The notes below the pieces were generated by a model. The model made no database searches. It worked only from the letters and a program-made list of their open reading frames with translations, and was not told the origin of the DNA. Positions 1 through 10,700 of a stretch of DNA of 64,000 nt are shown here, one piece after another; position 1 is the first letter of the stretch, and each line of letters begins with the position of its first letter. Source of the DNA: Cyanobacteria bacterium P01_D01_bin.156 (GTDB lineage: Bacteria > Cyanobacteriota > Cyanobacteriia > Phormidesmidales > Phormidesmidaceae); the NCBI GenBank assembly GCA_039024555.1, contig JBCCQQ010000002.1, positions 32,001 to 96,000 on the forward strand, given 5' to 3'. The position numbers were made by a program, and so were the translations under genes.

Positions 1-1137
1 GGCCATGACTGCCACAATGCCGTCCAGTAGCTCCGGCTGAATTTCTGGTACCGGGTTGGCCATGGCAAACACAATGGGATCCTTCGCCATGGATTTGACC
101 ATATCTACGGTGACCACACCGGGAGCGCTCACGCCCATAAATACGTCAGCTCCCACCATGGCATCAGCGAGTGTTCCGCTTTGGTCCACAACAAATTCTT
201 GCTTGCGGGTATTTAGGTCAGTGCGATCGCGGCTAATAATCCCCTTAGAATCACATACTGTAATGTGATTTACCCCAGCCTTCTTAAATAGGCGGGCCAT
301 GGCCAGACCGGCAGCTCCAGCACCGTTAATGACCAACTTGACTTCACCCATTTGGGGTTCTTTTCCGACAACCTTAAGGGCGTTGACCAGCGCTGCCAGA
401 CTGACAATAGCGGTACCATGCTGATCGTCATGAAAAATGGGAATGTCTAACTCCTGCTGCAGCCGCGCCTCAATCTCAAAGCAGCGGGGAGCACTGATAT
501 CCTCCAGGTTTATCCCACCAAACACGGGAGCAATCCGCTTGACCGTTTCAACAATTTCATCCGTATCCTGGGTGTCTAGGCAAATGGGAAAGCCATCTAG
601 ACCTGCAAATTCCTTAAACAGCATGGCCTTGCCCTCCATCACCGGTAGAGCCCCCTCAGGCCCTAGATTACCTAACCCTAGGACAGCGCTACCGTCGGTG
701 ATAATCGCCACTGTATTCGACTTAATAGTTAGGTCATAAACCCGTTCTGGATGCTGGGCAATTTCTGAACAGACTCGCCCGACACCTGGGGTGTAGGCCA
801 TCGCCAGATCTTCCTGGCTACGCACAGGAGCCTTGCACTCCATGCGAATTTTCCCTCCTTCATGGAGCTTAAAGGTACGGTCATGAACCTTGACAACCTC
901 GATATCATCTAGAGCATGTATGGCCACCAAAATTTGCTCCGCATGCTCTGCACTAGCTGCATCTACACTGACATCACGGGTAACATTGGCCCGACACCGT
1001 TCGACCACATCGATATCCCCCAGGTTGCCGCCTGCTTCGGCAATAGCCTGGGTCACTTTGGCCAACATGCCAGCCTGATTGGGGACATGCATACGGATGG
1101 TTAAACTGTAACTAGGGTTGGGTGTCAGGCTGACCAT
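1..1137 (-). CDS. NAD(P)-dependent malic enzyme with N-terminal ACT domain (partial, runs off left edge)
   Basis: Not in ORF track. Manual minus-strand translation from ATG 1137 gives MVSLTPNPSYSL... (ACT), then AYTPGVG, GLGNLGP, MEGKA, NLEDI, FHDDQHGTA, INGAGAAG and FAMANP malic-enzyme motifs. Confidence 0.93.
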   Translation of the reverse strand, partial: MVSLTPNPSYSLTIRMHVPNQAGMLAKVTQAIAEAGGNLGDIDVVERCRANVTRDVSVDAASAEHAEQILVAIHALDDIEVVKVHDRTFKLHEGGKIRMECKAPVRSQEDLAMAYTPGVGRVCSEIAQHPERVYDLTIKSNTVAIITDGSAVLGLGNLGPEGALPVMEGKAMLFKEFAGLDGFPICLDTQDTDEIVETVKRIAPVFGGINLEDISAPRCFEIEARLQQELDIPIFHDDQHGTAIVSLAALVNALKVVGKEPQMGEVKLVINGAGAAGLAMARLFKKAGVNHITVCDSKGIISRDRTDLNTRKQEFVVDQSGTLADAMVGADVFMGVSAPGVVTVDMVKSMAKDPIVFAMANPVPEIQPELLDGIVAVMA

Positions 1138-1352
1138 TGTCAAAAACCTCAGATAGTGGGAAGAAATAATGTAGTAAAAAAATGTTAAGCCCTGTTGGCC
1201 TAATCCTGCGACCCTTGAAACCATCTAGATAAAAAGCATTCAAAGAATAATTCCTTGGCAACCGTCTAGACATTGACCGCAATGGCCCCATAGGTTGATC
1301 AATCCTGTCCATTCCTCAAGTTCTATTTCCCAAACCCTATTTCCCTTTCACC

Positions 1353-2225
1353 ATGCCAAGTCTCTACGCTGAAATCGAAATCAACGCGACCGCTGCCCAG
1401 GTTTGGGATGCTTTGGTACGCAAAGAAGACTGGCGTTATTGGAATACGTTTTTATACGACTGCGACCCGCGCTCTAATTTTATGTTGGGCCGGGAAGTAT
1501 TTTTGGCCATGCAGCGGATTGAGGGGGATGTGGACACGGAATTTCAGCCGGTGGTAACCACATTACGACCGGGTAGCTGTTTGCGGTGGGTCTCAAAAAT
1601 TCCAGGATTAAAAACGGAACATTCTTTTGAAATGCAGGAAATTGCGCCGGGACGTACCCGTTATCTGCATCGAGATATTTTTATGGGCCCGCTGTCCGGT
1701 GTGTTTCTGCCCTTTATTCGGGACGATGAACGTGAGGGGCTACGACGCATGGCCTATCAGCTAAAGCGCTACGTGGAGAGCGGTGGCAAGCCGCAGCGAG
1801 ATCCTTACAGCCGTAATGCCTATGGCGATCCCTACGGTGGGCGTGGCTATGATGATCGGCGCTATGGCGGCTATCAAGACCGGAGCTATTATCCGGAACA
1901 AGGTAGCTACCAAGACCAAGGGGACCCGAGATATCAGGATCAAGGCTATGGACGTGGTTATAGCGATGAGGGCTATTCCGACCGACGGTATCAGGATCAG
2001 CAAGGCTATTCGGAACGTGGCTATTCGGACCAGGGTGGCGACTACCGGGATCAAGGAGATCAGCGCTATCGCGGGCAGGGCTATGATAACCAGGGTTATG
2101 GAGAGCAAAGGCGCGGTGGTCAGCAAGGGCGCGACTATGGTCAGCAAGGGCGTGACTATAGCGATAACGACTATCCCGATCGACGGTATCGCGACGACAG
2201 GGACTATCGTGATGACAGATGGTAA
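1353..2225 (+). CDS. SRPBCC (polyketide cyclase/START-like) domain protein with C-terminal G/Y/R/D/Q low-complexity tail
   Basis: N-terminus EIEINATAAQVWDAL...W..WN and terminal helix LKRYVE are typical of SRPBCC; the last ~145 aa are repetitive. Confidence 0.85.
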   Translation: MPSLYAEIEINATAAQVWDALVRKEDWRYWNTFLYDCDPRSNFMLGREVFLAMQRIEGDVDTEFQPVVTTLRPGSCLRWVSKIPGLKTEHSFEMQEIAPGRTRYLHRDIFMGPLSGVFLPFIRDDEREGLRRMAYQLKRYVESGGKPQRDPYSRNAYGDPYGGRGYDDRRYGGYQDRSYYPEQGSYQDQGDPRYQDQGYGRGYSDEGYSDRRYQDQQGYSERGYSDQGGDYRDQGDQRYRGQGYDNQGYGEQRRGGQQGRDYGQQGRDYSDNDYPDRRYRDDRDYRDDRW

Positions 2226-2953
2226 TGCAAGGCTTCTACAAACAAGATCTCGCCCATGTTCACGATATTGGTTATGGCGATCATGCGCGTAAGGCAGCTG
2301 CGGAGATCTGCAAAATCCTTGCCAATAACAACATTTTAGATAGGCTGATTGTTGAATTAGGCTGTGGCAGCGGTATCTCTGCTCTAGAATTTGCTAGGCG
2401 TGGCTATAAGATACTCGGCATTGATATTTCAAGTGCCATGGTTGATTTAGCTAGAGCTAGGGTGCCTCAGGCAGAATTTTATAAGGCTTCGTTGTTTAAG
2501 ATAGATTTACCACCTTGTGCAGTCGTAACCGCCATTGGTGAATGTCTTAATTATTTATTTGATCCAGATAATCAAGACGATCGTTTACAACAACTGTTTG
2601 AGCGTATCTATCAAGCGTTGATGCCCGGTGGCCTGTTTATTTTTGATGTGGCAGAACCTGGGTTGTTAGAAAAAGGCGATGAACAACATTTTACCGAAGG
2701 TCATGACTGGCTAGTGTTAGTAGAGAAAGAAGAGAACTTAGAGCAATCTACGCTTACTCGTCGGATCATCACTCTGCGCAAGATAGGTGAACAGTATCGA
2801 CGGGATGATGAGGTTCACCATATTCGTCTCTACCGCTCGACAGACCTTGCTCACAAGCTACGACAGGCAGGCTTTAAAATACAAAGCATGCGTAGCTATG
2901 GGGACTATCAATTACCAAGAGCCCATGCAGCGTTTGTGGCTCGTAAGCCCTGA
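2225..2953 (+). CDS. Class I SAM-dependent methyltransferase
   Basis: IVELGCGSG motif I, GIDISSAMV, LMPGGLFIFD. ATG 2225 overlaps the upstream stop (TAATG); alternative start 2219. Confidence 0.88.
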   Translation: MQGFYKQDLAHVHDIGYGDHARKAAAEICKILANNNILDRLIVELGCGSGISALEFARRGYKILGIDISSAMVDLARARVPQAEFYKASLFKIDLPPCAVVTAIGECLNYLFDPDNQDDRLQQLFERIYQALMPGGLFIFDVAEPGLLEKGDEQHFTEGHDWLVLVEKEENLEQSTLTRRIITLRKIGEQYRRDDEVHHIRLYRSTDLAHKLRQAGFKIQSMRSYGDYQLPRAHAAFVARKP

Positions 2954-2969
2954 GTTTCTGGGTTTGAGA

Positions 2970-3599
2970 CTAGAGTGATTGACCTTCATAGGCCATTTGC
3001 CAAAATTCTTTTTCTAGGTTGGCAACAGTGATAAATGCTTTCTCTGCCTCTGTTTGAGTGTTGTTATCTGCAGTGGCCAGAACGCTATTGGCTTGTTGTT
3101 CTAGCTGTTGAACGTAGGCAGTAAATGCAGCATTGCCCCACCGGTCTGCAAATTCGGTATAGGGTTCTGGCATGGGGCTATGGCTCTGCCAGCCTTGGTT
3201 ATAGGCGAGCTCAATCGCCCAAAAACCGGTGGCCTGAACCGGATAAGACTGCTGTGCTAAATCTTGCATAAACTTGCAGTAGGTTTGGCAAGTTTGCTGT
3301 AGCGGCTGGTTTAAGTCTAGATTGCGGTCTTTGGCTTTCGCATGAAACCATGCTAGCTCTTCTTTGAGTACGGTAATACCGCCCAGAATGAGATCAAAAT
3401 GCTCGACAGGAGCGGCCTGCAATAAACTAGCCGCCAAACGGGTGAATTCAACAACAAAATGATAATCCTGCACTAGCCAGGTGTTGAACTGGTGAGGCAA
3501 TATTGTTCCTTTTTGGCACTGTTCCAAGAAAGGATGTTTGATGGCGGTTTGCCATTGCTCAGGGTATTGGCGAAGGAGTTGTTGACAAATCAGGGGCAT
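2970..3599 (-). CDS. TenA/THI-4 family protein, TenA_E-like (thiamine pyrimidine salvage)
   Basis: HPFL, WLVQDYHFV, FWAIELAY (no catalytic Cys, as in TenA_E), LEKEFWQMA. Confidence 0.85.
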   Translation of the reverse strand: MPLICQQLLRQYPEQWQTAIKHPFLEQCQKGTILPHQFNTWLVQDYHFVVEFTRLAASLLQAAPVEHFDLILGGITVLKEELAWFHAKAKDRNLDLNQPLQQTCQTYCKFMQDLAQQSYPVQATGFWAIELAYNQGWQSHSPMPEPYTEFADRWGNAAFTAYVQQLEQQANSVLATADNNTQTEAEKAFITVANLEKEFWQMAYEGQSL

Positions 3600-3692
3600 A
3601 GACAGAGGGGCATGAGGTTTTGCTCGCTCCAGTTTACGTTGTTAGGGCTATGGTTGGAATTCTACCGTTTGCATAGCACTAGCCATAGGGAA

Positions 3693-4589
3693 TCAATGCT
3701 CAGCTAGCCACGCAATGATATCGTGCATTACCTGCTGTCGGTCTAAATCATTGTGGGGTTCGTGATAGCTGCCGGGGTAGATTTTTAAGGTTTTGTCCAC
3801 TGAGATGCGTTCAAAAATCTCTTGGCTACCGCAGACGTCATTGACCTTGTCGGCGCTGCCGTGAATTAGCAGAATGGGCAGCTGAAGTTGACTGATTGTT
3901 TTGCGCACATTCGCGATCGCAACCAAACATTCTGTTCCCCAGCGCACGGTGGCCACCGAATGGGTGAGCGGATCGGTCTGCATTTGATTCACAATGGCCG
4001 GATCGCGAGATAGGGTGTCTCTACCCGTACCAACATCCATGGAAAATCGGGGCCAGATACCAGACAACAGCCGAGCAATAGCCACCAAATAAGGTTTAGC
4101 AATACCAACGGGACGAATGGGTGGGCCGCTGATAATAATGCCTGCTATGCCCTGGGGGGCTGTCAGGGCAAAATCTAGGACGATAAGACCACCCAGACTA
4201 TGGCCCAAGATAAACAGCGGTAACCTCGGTTCATGCTGACGTACCTGGGCTAGAAAGGCACTGACATTATCGCGATAATCTTGCCAGCGATTAATGTGAC
4301 CCCGTTGGCCTTCGGAACGTCCATGGCCCTGGTTATCAAACCCAAAAATGACATAGCCCGCTTGGGTCAGTGCTGTCGTGACCGTATGGTAGCGATCGCA
4401 ATGTTCACCAAATCCATGCACTAGGGCAATGACGGCTCTGGCCGTGCCACTTGGGTACCAGGCCTGATAAAACAGCGACAGACCGTGGGCACCACAAAAT
4501 TTACCTTTTAATTGGGATGCTTGGGTGGCAGGCATGGTTGAACAATCAACAGACAGGGAACGGTTGCTAAATGTATTGGACTGAGTCAT
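3693..4589 (-). CDS. Alpha/beta hydrolase, lysophospholipase/monoacylglycerol lipase family
   Basis: VHGFGEH, DNQGHGRSEG, GHSLGG nucleophile elbow, HGSADKV, YHEPHND. Confidence 0.92.
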   Translation of the reverse strand: MTQSNTFSNRSLSVDCSTMPATQASQLKGKFCGAHGLSLFYQAWYPSGTARAVIALVHGFGEHCDRYHTVTTALTQAGYVIFGFDNQGHGRSEGQRGHINRWQDYRDNVSAFLAQVRQHEPRLPLFILGHSLGGLIVLDFALTAPQGIAGIIISGPPIRPVGIAKPYLVAIARLLSGIWPRFSMDVGTGRDTLSRDPAIVNQMQTDPLTHSVATVRWGTECLVAIANVRKTISQLQLPILLIHGSADKVNDVCGSQEIFERISVDKTLKIYPGSYHEPHNDLDRQQVMHDIIAWLAEH

Positions 4590-4613
4590 GGTAATGTGCG
4601 AACCTTGATGATT

Positions 4614-7550
4614 TTATAGGATCTCAACGGTGCCTTGCTGACCATCAATGCGCACACGCTGCCCTGTCTGTAACCGCTGGGTAACGTCAGTCACATCCAT
4701 CACCGCTGGAATCCCATATTCACGAGCCACAATGGCTCCATGGGAAAGTTGTCCCCCAACCTCAGCGATCAAGCCCCCTAAGTTTGCCAACAGCGGTGCC
4801 CAGCCCGCATCGGTATAAGGTACAACTAAAATAGTTGTTTTACTAATAGGCACATTGGTATCTAGGGTGGTAAGCACCTGGACCTTGCCTTCTAGGGTGC
4901 CCGGACTAGCCCCAATGCCCGTTAGCAGTCGTCCAGTTTGGGCAACTGCCCTGGGCGATGGGGGCATTGAGACCACCATGGTATCTTGGCCATACACTAG
5001 GTGGGGTGGCCTCCATTGGTGATCTGCCTGGTATTGCTGACGGCGAGTGGCCACCGTGTCCTGGTAAATCGGTGAGGCCATATCCCAAGGCTGTAGCTCG
5101 GACCAAGTGAGAAAAAAGATATCTCCAGCCTGTTTAAGGCTATCTGTTTCTAGACAGTGCTGTTCTAGGGCTAAAAAACAGGTTCTCAATTCAGCCAGTA
5201 AACGATTGTAAACCTCAGCAACTTGACCTTTCAAATTTAGTCGTTTTTGTACCTGGTGCTGTTGCCAGGATTGTTTCCTAGATTTCTGAGCAGTTTGGCT
5301 AGAGTGAGGTGGCTGTTGCAAAAATGTGCTGAGCAAGACTTTAACTGGTGCGGGCTGCTCCTGCCAGGTGGGGACAGAGATGTCGGTAGCCACTTCACTT
5401 AAATATCCGTAGTCTGTTAGAAACTGATCTAACTGTTCGAAGAGAGGGACACTGTCAGGCAGTCTCTTTAAGGCAGTAAATAGTTCTTCGCTGTCTTCAG
5501 GAAGCGACTCTAGCTGATGAATCAGAAAAGAATGCTTTTGGGCAATGTCTTTAATGGCCTCAATGGCAGCAATTTCCGGATTAGATTGGTAGTTTAGCTC
5601 CTGACTGTCTACCTTTAGTAGTGCTTTTCGTAGGGCAAAACTTAAGGGAGCCAGAATGTTATAAAATGTGGCCTTTTCTAATAGTTTGAGGATTGTTTTT
5701 ACTTGCTGTTTGATCTCTTCCGGAGAGAGTTGCTCCGGTGATTGTAAAGCATTGAGTGCTGATTGAAAATGGGTCCGGTGCTCATGGTTAAAGTGTTTAA
5801 TTAATTGCCATTCTGCTTTGGCCAACTGCAATAGTCCGAGAGAATTTCGCAGAGTGGATACAAGAGGGGGACGGCTAAATTTGGCCCCTCGCGTGAGAAA
5901 TTCTAAACTCTCGGGGGGGAGCCCCATGCGCTGAAAGATGTCTCCCAGTAGGGTGGCATTGAAGTAGGCATTGGAGCGGTGTAGTGTTGCTGTTTGAGAA
6001 AAATCTAGCCCAGCGGTGCGTTTACCTAAAACGAGGGTAAACAGCTTTCCCCACACACCGCAGGTAAGCGGCTGGTTAATGGACCAGGTGAGGGGATGAA
6101 TCACTCCAGGAATCACCTCAGCGGCAATTTTGCGGGTCCATAGCGGAATTAGAGTGGTAATGGGACGGCTTTGTAAAACCCAAATTTTTTCTCCGTCGTA
6201 GGTCCACTCTACATCTTGGGGAATATCGCTAAATTGTTGTTCCAGGTGACGGGCTAGGTAGGCGATTTGTTGAATAAGTCGGGTAGGAATAGGGGAAGGA
6301 GTAATGGAAAATGGCGAATCGGAACTCTGCTCACCATGATTTTGATCGGTAATGGGTAAATCTACCGCATCGGATAGTTGCCAATCGCTGCCCATATCTT
6401 CTGGGGTAACGGTCACTTGGTAGCGCTGGGGTGTCACTTGGCCAGAGACTACGCGACTAGCGGGGCCTGGTAATGCTTCAATCACCACATGGTGACCACA
6501 GCGGGCAATAGGATCGCGACTAAAGGCAACACCGGAGAAGACGCCTTGGATTTGTTGCTGCACCAAGATGTTCATGGCGGCTTCAGGCAGCCCCTGATCT
6601 TGGCGATAGCGGACGGCGCTGGGGTGGTTATAGGCTTGAAAGCAGGTAGCGATCGCACTTTCTAACCCTGGCTGATCTACCACATCGGTAACCGATACAT
6701 ATTGGCCTGCGGCAGAGGCTCCTAGGCCGTCTTCACCCACAGCAGAGGAACGCACCACCAAGGGCTGTTCCAGGGATGGCTGACATAGACTTAACAGCGC
6801 TGCCGGATCGTCCCCTGCCCGCATTACATAGCCCATGGGCACCGGGTAGCCCCAGGTTTTTAGTTGGGATAGGGTGGCGGCTTTATTCCCCACTATGGCT
6901 GGGTCTAAGGTCTGATCGAGTCCCTGCAAGGCTGATTCACCTCGAAAAAAGCGAAACAATCGGCGCGATTCTGTGCGGGTGCCCTGGTCCGGTAGTTCTA
7001 AATCATCCGGCAATTTTTCATAGATCCAACCGATCAATCCCATAAGACAAGCTACTGCGGTAAACCGCATGCCATTGTTGTGTACAAGTCCGGTAAGTAC
7101 CGGCAACAGAATCAGGGCAAAGGTACGGCCCTGTTTGCGATCGCGAATCACGGTAAACGCGATGAGGCTTAGCAACCAACCTAAACCACCCACCAGCGGG
7201 TCGTAGACCAAAAACCCCCAGCTAACGTTGGTCACGCCCGCTCCACGGCTGAGCCAGTAGCGGCCCATAACCAGCGCAATCAAAGCGACTACGGGCCAGA
7301 TAGGATCGGCTGGAAAAAAATGCCGGGCTAGGAGGACTGCACCGATGCCCTTAAAGGCTTCCAATAGCACTGCCCCAATGCCAACCGGGGTGCCGCCGTG
7401 GTAAAAGGCTGCAGATACGCCTACATTGCCAGTGCCGATTTGCGATAGGCGTTTGCCCGTGGCCAGCTGTACCCACCAGCCGGTTAGGGGTACCCCCCCC
7501 AACACCGGACAAATAAGAAAAATGAGCAGTGCGCCCCACACCTGAACCAT
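4614..7550 (-). CDS. PlsY-like membrane domain fused to PEP-synthase/rifampicin-phosphotransferase-type dikinase (ATP-grasp + central domain + His-swivel)
   Basis: N-terminal TM helices with GTGNVG and EAFKG; GNKAATL, VRSSAVGED, SAAGQY, QDVEW, LQSRPIT; C-terminal GGQLSHGAIVAREYGIPAV. Alternative TTG start 7568. Confidence 0.88.
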   Translation of the reverse strand: MVQVWGALLIFLICPVLGGVPLTGWWVQLATGKRLSQIGTGNVGVSAAFYHGGTPVGIGAVLLEAFKGIGAVLLARHFFPADPIWPVVALIALVMGRYWLSRGAGVTNVSWGFLVYDPLVGGLGWLLSLIAFTVIRDRKQGRTFALILLPVLTGLVHNNGMRFTAVACLMGLIGWIYEKLPDDLELPDQGTRTESRRLFRFFRGESALQGLDQTLDPAIVGNKAATLSQLKTWGYPVPMGYVMRAGDDPAALLSLCQPSLEQPLVVRSSAVGEDGLGASAAGQYVSVTDVVDQPGLESAIATCFQAYNHPSAVRYRQDQGLPEAAMNILVQQQIQGVFSGVAFSRDPIARCGHHVVIEALPGPASRVVSGQVTPQRYQVTVTPEDMGSDWQLSDAVDLPITDQNHGEQSSDSPFSITPSPIPTRLIQQIAYLARHLEQQFSDIPQDVEWTYDGEKIWVLQSRPITTLIPLWTRKIAAEVIPGVIHPLTWSINQPLTCGVWGKLFTLVLGKRTAGLDFSQTATLHRSNAYFNATLLGDIFQRMGLPPESLEFLTRGAKFSRPPLVSTLRNSLGLLQLAKAEWQLIKHFNHEHRTHFQSALNALQSPEQLSPEEIKQQVKTILKLLEKATFYNILAPLSFALRKALLKVDSQELNYQSNPEIAAIEAIKDIAQKHSFLIHQLESLPEDSEELFTALKRLPDSVPLFEQLDQFLTDYGYLSEVATDISVPTWQEQPAPVKVLLSTFLQQPPHSSQTAQKSRKQSWQQHQVQKRLNLKGQVAEVYNRLLAELRTCFLALEQHCLETDSLKQAGDIFFLTWSELQPWDMASPIYQDTVATRRQQYQADHQWRPPHLVYGQDTMVVSMPPSPRAVAQTGRLLTGIGASPGTLEGKVQVLTTLDTNVPISKTTILVVPYTDAGWAPLLANLGGLIAEVGGQLSHGAIVAREYGIPAVMDVTDVTQRLQTGQRVRIDGQQGTVEIL

Positions 7551-7729
7551 GGGTGACTCCGGTAGCAATCTTCTCTATCTGACCATTGACCGTTACCGTT
7601 ATGGGCAATCCTTAAGCTCAGCGTTAGAACCACAGATTGGAATTAAACGAGTTTTCACACCTTTCAAGAGGCGAGATGTGCAAACTAAAATTATTTCGAG
7701 GAACCGTACATTCAGAGCTATTCAAGTGC

Positions 7730-10700
7730 TCAGAAATCCTCACACATCAATCGATCTGTATCGCTAAGATCGCCGTATGCTAAATAATCTTGGAGCCACT
7801 GACAGCCTTGTTTCATCAGCTCTGCCAAATTGAGATTCCATAACCGAATGTGACCATCAGCTCCAGCAGAGGCTAAATATTCCCCAGTACTGTCGAATGA
7901 GGCCTGCCAGATAATGCCTCGATGCCCGGTGAAGGTGTGGAGCAACTCACCATTGGAGACTTGCCAAAAACGGATGGTGCCGTCATCGCTGGTGGAGGCA
8001 ACTACAGTGCCTCCCAGACCAAAGGAGACACTGCGTACCCAGTCGTGATGACCCCGTAGGGTGTGTACTAGCTCCCCGTTATGCCACAGACGGACGGTAT
8101 TATCGCTGCCAGCGGAGGCGATAGTTTTACTATTGGGAGAGACCGCCACGGCCCATACGCTACCGGTATGGCCTCGGAAAACGTGGTGCGTTTGGCTAGG
8201 AGATGCGGCGGTGATGCCCGTCCACTGGCGCAGGGTACCGTCTTCACTACCGGAAACCAAATAACGGCCATCGGGGCTAAAGGCAACGGACCAAATGGTA
8301 CCTTCATGACCCCGCAGTTGAGCTATGGGATGCCCGTCGGTGTTCCATAGGCGAAGGTTGCGATCGCTCCCTGCCGAAGCTAGATAAGTTCCGTCCGGGC
8401 TAAACTTGACCGACCAAACCGCATTTTGATGGTTTTCAAAGGTCTGTAACAGCTCACCATTGGGGGTCCAGAGCTTAACCGTATGGTCGGCACTAGCAGA
8501 GGCCAGCATCTGACCATCGGCCCGCCAATCCACACTGTAAACACTACTATTGTGACCCTGCACCGTCTTTCTCAAACTGTGCTGAGACGTCCAAAAGCGC
8601 AAGCTTTGATCGGCACCAACCGAAACCAATCCGGCCCCCTGGGGGTGCCAGCACACATCCCAAACAATCCCTTGGTGCCCTCTCAGTATCGGCGCTTTAG
8701 GGGCGTCTAGTTGCCAAAGGCGCACCGTATTGTCGTCGCTGGTGGAAACAACCTGAGTTCCCTGGGGATGGATGGCTACACTTAAAACGCTGCTGCGATG
8801 TCCCTTCAAGTCATCCAAAATCTGTCCCTGCAGATCCCACACATAGATATTGCGATCGTCGCTAGCAGAGATGATGCGTTTGCCATCAGGACTAAAACAT
8901 ACATCCCTGACCCAGTTTTGGTGTCCCTCAAAACACTGCAATAAGTCCCCGTCTAGGTTCCATTGTTTGATCAGGTGATCGTCCCCACCGGAAAGAATAT
9001 GTTGACCATCAGGGCTAAAGACGGCTTGCAGCACCCAGCCTGCATGGCTGCTCATAGTTTGGAGTAACTCTCCTGCCGTATTCCAAAGACAGAGGGTGCC
9101 ATCCTCAGCAGCGGAGACCAAATGCTCGCCATCGGCGCTAAACGCCACCGAACGGACCCAGTCTATGTGGCCTTTCAGAGTTTTTAGCCACTGGCCATCC
9201 TGGCTCCATAGTTGAATCGTGTGATCATTGCTGGCGGAAGCAAGCAGTCGCTGGATGGGACTAAACGCAATGCTATTGACTGAACTGCTGTGGCCGCTCA
9301 GGACATGCAAACATTCCCCCGACATCTGCCATAGCCGAATGGTGGCATCATCTCCGGCAGAACCCAGAAGCTGACTGTCGTGGCTAAAGGCCACATCTAG
9401 GACGCTGCCCTGGTGTCCGGTAAAGACCTGTAATAACTTCCCCTGAGTACTCCAGAGTCGTACAGTGCCATCATCACTGGCAGAGGCAAGATAGTGACCA
9501 TTGGGGCTAAATCGAGCCGAAAGCACCCAGTCCTGATGACCAGAAATACGAATTTTCTCACGCACACCGTGGACCGCTTGCCACAGACAAAACAACAGCT
9601 GATTTTGTAAATAGCTAGATACCGGCGTCAATCGGCTTTGCTGTGCGCCTTTGAGGGCCTCTAGTAAGGCCCCTAACCCGTCAGCCGACAACAGTAAAGC
9701 TTGAGACACTGACGCCAGGGCCTGCATCTCTGCAATTTCTGCGCGATGGCGATCTTCAGTGGCTTGGGCTAAGGCTAGGGCTTGTTCCTGTAGAGCGGTG
9801 CGCAGCTGGGTCTCAGTTTGTTTACGCCGCCGCCGCTCAGCTTGGAGGACAGTCATCAGACCCGGCATATCCTGTTGTTTCACTAAGTCGGCTAAGTAAT
9901 CATGGGCAAGCTGATATCGCACCCGCCCCCCCACTTCCGGACTTTCAAATAACAAACCGGATGCGGCTAAGATTTCTAATACCAGCGTAAGCCGGGCTGG
10001 GTCTACCAGAATGCCTAGGGACTCTAAGGATTCTTCTAATTCGGCTAGCGTCTTTAAAGGGCGGGTGGTGCTCTCATCGCTGAGTAGGTAGAGAGTTGTT
10101 CTTGCCAGGGTACTATTTTCAGGGCCACAGTCGCGGATCACCCGGTTTAGAAAGCTGCGCACTAGGGCTTGGATAGGGTCGTCTCCTAGTTTTTGATAGC
10201 TTCTCAGGGTGGTAATGTTCTCTCTCTGCAATTCGGCCCCGACCACCTGCAGTTGAATCGGTTTAACGTCTCCAGCATCGACGGTCAGATCGTCCACTAA
10301 GGCCGTAATCAGTTCTTCTTCTAGGTAAAACTGGGCGTTGTCTGTGAGCTGACGGATGACGGCTTCGCACTGGCGGCGATTAAAGTTACCAATGTAGTAG
10401 CGTGCATCCTTACTTAAAATGTCTAGATCTAAGCTAGCAATGCGCTCCCACTCTAGAAGGTAGTGTAAATAGTCATCCCTGAGGGCTAAGACGACCTTAA
10501 GGTAGGGAGTATTTAAACAGTTCCGTAAAAAATAGTAAAGAGACTGTCGTTGTTTAACGCTGGGACTTTCAAAGAAGAATTCTTCGAACTGGTCAAAGAC
10601 GAGAATAATCTGTTGGTAGTTGTCTTGGGCATGTTGGTTGAGATGGCTTAATAAATTCTCACCCATAATCGGAAAAGTGACTTGAAAGTTGGGTGGTGCT

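Noticed and set aside
56..1104. Short plus-strand ORFs (56, 437, 890, 916)
   Set aside because: Antisense shadows of the malic enzyme gene
1761..2292. Hydrophobic-looking ORFs 1761-2147(-) and 1783-2292(+)
   Set aside because: Alternative-frame products of the repetitive GY/DR tail DNA; the Ile/Ala/Thr richness is a frame artefact
7830..9545. WD40 repeats as a hypervariable near-identical DNA repeat array or DGR target
   Set aside because: Repeats are strongly diverged at DNA level; no reverse transcriptase or template repeat seen
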